Below are positions 57,801-64,000 of a stretch of 64,000 bases of DNA, piece after piece. The stretch is from positions 1,674,001-1,738,000 of the forward strand of contig OZ038378.1 in NCBI GenBank assembly GCA_964036045.1, given 5' to 3'. The notes under the pieces were generated by a model, which did not search any database, was not told the DNA's origin, and was given only the letters and a program-made list of their open reading frames with translations. The translations under genes and the position numbers were made by a program. This DNA comes from Eutreptiella sp. 'Long Island Sound 2002' (lineage: Eukaryota > Protista > Euglenida). Position 1 is the stretch's first letter, and the number at the start of each line of letters is the position of its first letter.

Positions 57801-60800
57801 GCAGGTGCGAGCGTCGTATACCCTCTTTTTTTGGGGTCGTTCGCGTAGCATACCCCAATGTATGGTTTCTGACGTCCAACCCCTTGTAAAATCATCATTT
57901 TAGGACCAAAAATGATCCCCCAATGATTTTTTGGATTTTGACCCCCGTACCCCCCCTGCACCTAGGTACTGGGCAAGGGGCCATATGGGGGGGGGGGGGC
58001 ACTGGGGGTACCTGGAGTTGGGACCCGAGACCCCCCGCCATGGGTTAGGGGGTCCATAGACAAGAAAAAAGTTCTTCAGGACCCAGGTCCAAATACACAC
58101 ACAGCGGCCACAACACGCAAAGAAGTTTTGACACCCCCCCCGGACCCCCCATCCCCCCTTAAAAAAAGGGGGAGGACTTTGCCGTTTTCACGTTGGACAG
58201 GTTGTTTAGTGGCACGTGAAAGTTTTTTGAAATTCGAGTTTTCATGAATACCTTCCGTTCCCCCTAGGATGGGTTTGAGTGATCACTTGGTGACAATATG
58301 GGTACTTGAGCACCCATGGGGACCCAGGTAGTGGCCGCTACGCCCATCTAGCCTGTGCCATGGGCCCCCCAAAAGCTTCAAAATCACCTCGCAGAGGTTG
58401 TTAGATCAAAGCCAAGCAGGCATATATAGGGGAAAACGCCACATACGCCCCCATTTTGGGCCTTTTTGGGCCTACTCGCGTACCCTACCTCAAGGGGTTG
58501 AATTGTTAGTTCAACCCCTTGTAAAATCATAATTTTGTCCAATAAACACATCCCCCAATGAGTTTTTGGTCCGGACCCCCCCAAACCCCCCCCACGTGAA
58601 ACCCACTTTTTTGAGGTTTTCGGGGAGGTGGTGGAGGTGGTGGGGGGGGTGGGGGGGGTCAAAAATTGACCCCCCCCCTTTTTCTTTTTTTGGGTTGCAA
58701 ATCATGAATCTTTTGGGTTTTTTCGATTTTGAGCCGAAAAAGTGTTTCCAGGTCCCGACTCCATGGGGTTTGTATGGGGTGGAGTGGAACGAGCGCTTAG
58801 GCACTTTATGCACTTTCCAGCCATTTGTGCTATGTTGGCGGTTTTGGCGACCTCGGTGACCCCGTGGTACCGAGTCTGAGGGGTGTGAGTGGGGATGTTT
58901 TGATAGTACATGCCTACTAGGATACGAAAGGAGGCTTTTTGCACTCTGTAGCTTTGCCGAAGGCTGGTCAAACCCGTGCCAAAGACGCGAAATGACTGTT
59001 TCCACCAATAATGGCCTGGTGAATGGGGCCCCTCCACAAATTGCTTATGTAGTTTTTCACCTTGGGCAGCTCAAAATCGAAGTTTCCGAACCTTATTTTT
59101 TTTGATATTGTGATCACCAAAAATGACCATCCAAGGTATGTAAAGCATGTTTTGGGCCGCATTTGCTGTTTTTACCCTATTTTGGGTTTTTTGTTGCTTG
59201 GGGTAGATTCTCTGCGAGGTGGACTTGCTGAAGGCAATAGAATTGCTGTTTGTCGCTGGTTCAATTGCCTTTGGTGTGTGCACAAACTGCTTAAGCAGTT
59301 TTCCACCCTCTACAGATCAAAGATGGAAAATCTCCTCGCAGAGGTCGTTAGATCAAAGCCAGGCAGGCGTATACAGGGGAAAACACCACATATCCCCCCA
59401 TTTTGGGCCTTTTTGGGCCTATTCGCAGACCCTACCCCAAGGGGTTGAATTGTTAGTTTAACCCCCCCCCCACTTGAAACCCACTTTTTTGAGGTTTTGA
59501 GGGAGGTGTGGGAGGGGGGTAAAAAAAATGACCCCCCCTTTTTTGGGTCGAAAATCATGAATCTTTTGATTTTTTTCGATTTTGAGCCGAAAAAGTGTTC
59601 CCGGGTCCTAACTCCATGGGGTTTGTATGGGCCGGAGTGGAACGAGCGCTGAGGCACTTTATGCACTTTTCAGCCATTTTTGCTATGTTGGCGGTTTTGG
59701 CGACCTCGGTGACCCCGTGGTACCGAGTCTGAGGGGTGTGAGTGGGGATGTTTTGACAGAAAATGCCTACTAGGATACGAAAGGCCCTTTTTTTGCAGCT
59801 TAGGTTCGGTCGAAACCCGTGCCAAAGACGCGAAATGGCTGCTTGCACCAATAATGGCTTACATGAGTGAATGGGCCGGTGCACATCCTGCCTATGCAGT
59901 TTTTCACCCTGGACAGCTCAAAAATCAAAGTTTCCGAAACTTATTTTTTTGATATTGTGAATACCTATAATGATCATCCAAGACATGTAAAGCATGTTTT
60001 AGGCCGTACTTGTGTGTTCTTCACTCTATTTGGGTGTTGAGCGTGCGGGGTGGGGGGGCCTCCCAAGGGATTGGTACACAACCTGCTTATGCAGTTTCCC
60101 ACCCTGGGCAGCTCAAAAATCAAAGTTTTCAAAACTTATTTTTTTAATACCGTGATCACTTAAAATGACCATCCAAGGTATGTACAGCACGTTTCAGGCC
60201 GTATTCATGTGTTTTTCACCCTCTTTGCGATTGGGTTCCGGGGGGGAGGGGGGGGTCAAACGGGATTGGTACACAACCTGCTTGTGCATTTTTTCAGCCT
60301 ATACAGCACAAAGACTTTTTCTGGTGTGGGACAGCCAAAATCCGGGGGGGGGGGGGGCAATTATCCTCCCTCCCCCCAGGGAAGTATTAGAATGGCCGTA
60401 CACCATAGGAGGAGGGGGGATACCCCCCCCCCCCCTAGGACCCCCCTCCCCCGACCAAAGTGACTGTGGCGGGAAAAAAATGAAACATACCGTTGGAAAA
60501 ATCTGGTCGGGCCATTTTTGGTACACAAACTTTTGGGTCCCAGACCCCCCCTCCCCCCCCTCCTCTCTTCTGATACATCCCTGGCTCCCCCCTCCCACCC
60601 CAGTATCACGAAGCTAAGGCCTGGTTCCTGGTCCCCTGCCGCAGGTGCTGTTCCGCGACGACAAGTTCCAGTGGGAGCGGCTGGAGAACCTGATCCGGCT
60701 GTCGCGCGAGGGGCCCGCCGGCAACTTCGACTTCACGGACACCATCAAGTACGGCCTGCAGCTCTTGCTGCGGGACGACGACCTGCGGGCGAAGTTGGTC

Positions 60801-60992
60801 ATGGCCCTCTCCGAGGGGGACCGCCTCCGGATTGAGGAGTCGCTGCGCATCGCCGATCTGCTTCGGGACGACATCGACTTCAATCGGCTGGCGCAGGAGG
60901 CGGGCCAGGGGGTCAACGACGTCCTCGTGGACTTCCCCGCGTTCGGCCGCCGGGCGCTCATCGGTTGGGCGGAACGGACCCTCGCCGCCTAA
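39444..60992 (+). CDS. ABC1K1: Plastid ABC1/UbiB atypical kinase ABC1K1 (PGR6) orthologue; 8 exons; ~826 aa
   Basis: Exons 39444-39890, 45299-45580, 48147-48392, 49650-49880, 50667-50901, 52694-52989, 54937-55332 and 60645-60992 join in frame via GT-AG introns. Motifs LGPTFIKAGQVLANRPDII, AAASLGQVY, VAIKVQRP, FHGDPHPGN, YVDFG and RSLLTQEGIC are characteristic of plant ABC1K1. Confidence 0.93.
43071..43690. repeat. Degenerate (GGGTGT)n hexamer tract
   Basis: About 100 units; source of the His-Pro, Gly-Val and Cys-Gly ORFs. Confidence 0.95.
45299..45580 (+). CDS. ABC1K1: ABC1K1 exon 2 (amphipathic segment plus second TM)
   Basis: ttttccag| acceptor; YVGLGVLALTLAVVVA followed by RGRGKPK; CAG|GTGCAC donor. 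Confidence 0.8.
47739..47870. repeat. Cluster of GCGACTTACGC motifs (one inverted)
   Basis: Inverted copy at 47739-47749, direct copies at ~47801 and ~47829, degenerate copy at ~47860. Confidence 0.6.
48017..48109 (+). mobile_element. Solo left-end fragment of the 33919-37618 element family in ABC1K1 intron 2
   Basis: CCCGGGG..CGACTCCGCAGGTCCTAGGACACCAACTACC..GGGCCTCCGGCCAACAGTTAGTTG matches 33919-34005. Confidence 0.8.
48147..48392 (+). CDS. ABC1K1: ABC1K1 exon 3
   Basis: ctccgcccag| acceptor; ends ...VQQRASQARE; GAG|GTCCTC donor. Confidence 0.88.
49650..49880 (+). CDS. ABC1K1: ABC1K1 exon 4
   Basis: Encodes ILIKLGPTFIKAGQ...AAASLGQ. Confidence 0.95.
50667..50901 (+). CDS. ABC1K1: ABC1K1 exon 5
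   Basis: Encodes VYKAKL...VAIKVQRPG...EELDY. Confidence 0.95.
52694..52989 (+). CDS. ABC1K1: ABC1K1 exon 6
   Basis: Encodes NFADDPTVKIP...FHGDPHPGN...YVDFG. Confidence 0.95.
54937..55332 (+). CDS. ABC1K1: ABC1K1 exon 7
   Basis: Encodes TNKQILIDAVVHAVNEDY...ALRERLLQ. Confidence 0.95.
55472..55540. repeat. (CAACCGC)n heptamer
   Basis: About 10 perfect units. Confidence 0.95.
57020..60290. repeat. Complex long-period repeat array in ABC1K1 intron 7
   Basis: AAATCACCTCG..AGAGGTTGTTAGATCAA anchors near 57025, 57770, 58380 and 59330; 58590-59150 is duplicated at 59465-60000. Confidence 0.8.
60645..60992 (+). CDS. ABC1K1: ABC1K1 exon 8
   Basis: Encodes VLFRDDKFQWERLENL...; TAA at 60990-60992. 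Confidence 0.93.
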   Translation: MLFRDDKFQWERLENLIRLSREGPAGNFDFTDTIKYGLQLLLRDDDLRAKLVMALSEGDRLRIEESLRIADLLRDDIDFNRLAQEAGQGVNDVLVDFPAFGRRALIGWAERTLAA

Positions 60993-62671
60993 TCGGATGG
61001 CCCGCCGCGACCGGGGGTTTCAAACGGTTGTAGTCGGCGGCCGTTGCGTTCCGTTCGGCACATTGTTGTTCGCGCGGAGGTGCCACAGGCGTCCGCCAGG
61101 TCGCCCGTGCCCAGCAGCCGCCGGGTCCTGCGGAGACGGACACGGCCCGTTCCTACTGAGTTGCGGGCGTGGGGGCGGCAGATATTACCGAGTTGCACGC
61201 GGTGCGGGGCTGATTCCTCTGAGAATCCGTCCAGAGGCCGGCCACTCGGGGCACGTCTGCCGGCGCAGTCTCCGCAACGCCCCCCAAGTGTTGTTAAGGA
61301 CCGCCCCACCAATGGCTCTGATTTCCCTCACCCATTGCTCACCCCTCCCTCCCTCCCTCCCTCCCTCTCACATCCAGCACGCCCCTCCTCCCACGCCGCA
61401 CGCCGTCGCAGCCGTGCACCCCCCGCCAAACTGAAAATTCCTTCGCGGGACTCGGTCCCCCCGTCTTTATGTCAAGTGCCCGCGGCACTCCCGGTCACAC
61501 GGCACTGTGCACGTGCACGCGCTTTTATCGACCGACTCAAAATTGGTGCTGCCGCTTCGCCTGCACGCAGCTGATGCCCATCCGAGGCAGCGTTTCTTGC
61601 CCCTCCCCCCCCCTCAGTTCTGCATCAACTTCCCACACGTAAAGTCCCGTGGCTTTTCCGGGAGTCTGCAGTCGTCGGGCGGTGTTGTGCGCGACAGACT
61701 GCGGCTCCAGACAGTCCCCCGTGGGCGGTCGGTGCAAACCCACAAACTAAGATCAGCTGAAGGCAGGTCGAAGGCGACAGTCGTGATGACGTGTACCGAA
61801 ACCCAATGCATGAGGGCATGATGGCGTTGTTGTGGAAAGGGGGGGGGCACCTCCCGGTGCTTGGCACCGTGGCCTACCCATGATGATCTGTGCCCCACGG
61901 TGTGGGCCCCTGGGATGCGGGTCCATGCGACACAATCCTGTCTGAGTACTGCCCGGCGTGTGCGAGGTCATGGACGTTCCATCGCTTTGCTCTGTCGGTG
62001 CCTGGCCTCGGAGAGCGTCGTGGGAGTCCCTGGTCCGCGCGATCCTTTTGCCTGCAGTGAGGTGGGGTGCGTCGAGGCTTCCCCGGCGATCTCCGGACGC
62101 CAGCGTCACGTTACCCTTTATCCCTCGCAGCGTCCCTTCCGGCTTGCGGGGTCACGGGCATCCCAGCGCCCGGGGCAGTGGTGTGTTCCTGCTATCGGGA
62201 TTCGAACCGGTTGCCTCTAGTCCAGGCGTCAGGTGCATGACGCCTGAGCTACGCGACCTCCCGTTTGTCGTTTTGCCCGAGGAACCCAAGCATCCCCCCC
62301 CATACCCTCTCCCCAACCCCGAAGTGTTGGGGCTCCTGTAATGTGCGGTGGCCAAGTTGCAGTTCTCACAAGAATGCGAGAATGGCCCGGATCTGGGCCC
62401 CGGTGCAAGCTGCTTTGCAGACCCATCACCCGCTGCTGGCACGTGCGCCCGGCGCACGGAAGACGCCCAGGGCGAAGGAATACGTCCGGGGAGAGCGTGT
62501 CCCCGGCGCCTGCACAGCAGCCCTCCACCCCGGCTCACTGTAGTGTGTTCGGATGTCGCAGCTCCTGGAAGATAGGGGACGCTTTTGCATGCAGTGCAAA
62601 GGTGTCGTACTGCCGGAGTACCAGGACCCTATTTCAAGCCTCACTCTGCTCGGGGTATGAACCAGTATTAT

Positions 62672-62975
62672 GGGGGCGTACCGTGCGCTGTGCCCGCGCT
62701 GTGCGAAAAGTTGGCTGTTCTCCACTACCGGGAGTTCGGTAAGTTCAGAAGATTAAAAGGACGTCATTGAATGGCTGCTGCAGTGGACGGGGCTATAGGG
62801 GGCAGAATTTAGGTCCCTGGGACCCATGGCAAGCATCAGATGTTTGAATTTTTGAGTTTTGAATTGATTGTGCATGATTCCGCAGGGGCGTGGTTTTCAG
62901 GGTTGTTACCTGGATAATCACCGTAATAATTGGCGCTGTGCGCGCGCTGTGCAGGCGCTGTGCGAAAACGCCCCC
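62672..62975. mobile_element. MITE family B, copy 2 (TIR GGGGGCGT, 3-bp TSD TAT)
   Basis: TAT at 62669-62671 and 62976-62978. Confidence 0.85.
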
Positions 62976-64000
62976 TATGGGGTATGGGCAGATGAAGATG
63001 CCTCCAGAGGAGATGATGACATGAACTGCGTTTTGATGCCTTTTGTGCTCTCTGGGGGCCATGGTCTTCATGGGTCGACAACATGGGCACCCGCAATAGA
63101 CGTGCACGCAGGACGCACGCGCTGCATAGTTTCCCTAACGGGCTCCGTGTGGTCTGCACACTTGGGCCCGCTTGTCTTCGCAGACGCATCAACCCCCTCC
63201 CCCCATTCCCAGCCCCTCCTTCCCAATGCTCTGGGACTCGGTGTCGTGGCGATCTGGGTTTTGAGTGCAGAATGCGGGTTTTGTACCCGGGCACCGGCGG
63301 TCAGCACCCCGCAAAACGGCCCCGGTTTGATGAGCTCCCGAGAAATGAGCAGGGCTCCCACAGGGCGTTGGGGTATCTTAGAGGCTTGATGTCGCAGCCA
63401 GCGATGCTGAAATCGCCAGGCGCACAGCGCACAGTCCGGGATGTTTGCACCTTTTTGGAGGCGATACCTCAAGGCTGCATGTCCCAACTTCTCCAGGGCT
63501 TCTCTCAACAGCGGCAGTCCCGTCAGAGGGCACCTCCATTGGAACCCCCCCCCCCTCCGAGGGGGTATATAAAGTGAGGGATGCACCCGTTTGAGTGGTT
63601 GGTTGTGCACTCCAAAGGTTCATGGCAGTGCCAGCGAGGATCTAGGGTCATGCCTCGGCGCCCGGCACCTGCTTCAGAAGGGGGTTGGGAACAGCCTGCG
63701 ATGGCGTGCAGACATGCGCCGCCAGGCCTCGTGTCGCCCCCCCCCCCCCACCCCCTGTTCTGCAAGCGACAATTTCCCCTCCCGTTCCATGATATGCTGC
63801 TGTGTCTGCCTTACTTTTCTTGTTTCTCTTTTTTCTCTGCACACCGCGGGGGTGCTGATTCTATGATTCTATGCGATGCTGCCGTCACTTGTGGTGTCCG
63901 GTCCGCGGCGGGTCGGGTTTGGAGCGAGGAAGACAGCATCTTATGTGTCCTGGGGCGCGGTGACCGGCGGGGGGCCGTTGCCTGGAGACCATGAGGCGCG

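Noticed and set aside
52990-60644. Euglenid nonconventional or intermediate introns via paired ends (e.g. GTGAGGG/CCCTCAC, CGGCGG/CTGCCG)
   Set aside because: Pairings are short, their register is inconsistent, and they are expected by chance in GC-rich DNA. All confident introns are ordinary GT-AG.
63860-64000. Start of a further gene at the window end
   Set aside because: There is a pyrimidine tract and several ATGs, but too little sequence to choose a frame.
1-64000. tRNA, rRNA or snRNA genes
   Set aside because: No cloverleaf with A/B boxes and no conserved rRNA or snRNA segments were recognised by eye.

Overview
Eukaryotic, intron-rich, repeat-dense DNA, most likely from a photosynthetic euglenid. 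This is inference from a green-type plastid ABC1K1 with a two-transmembrane presequence, AG acceptors just upstream of each start codon that fit SL trans-splicing, TTAGGG-type motifs and GC3-rich exons. Three spliced host genes were reconstructed by hand with phase-consistent GT-AG introns: (1) a minus-strand cysteine dioxygenase fused to an N-terminal ABM-like domain (5241-702); (2) a TKL/Raf-like protein kinase (12547-25053); (3) plastid ABC1K1/PGR6 (39444-60992). Most of the rest is mobile-element debris, MITEs and satellites. Best novelty candidate: inside kinase intron 3, a nest of (TG)n-abutting elements contains a Penelope-like reverse transcriptase with an atypical catalytic motif (xRDN). 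Two diverged element 3' ends there fold as circularly permuted (type II order) hammerhead-like ribozymes with covarying helix I and a minimal helix III. Second candidate: a 3.7-kb element with TIRs and an 8-bp TSD carrying one intact intronless 585-aa multi-zinc-finger ORF with no visible transposase. No rRNA, tRNA or CRISPR array was found.
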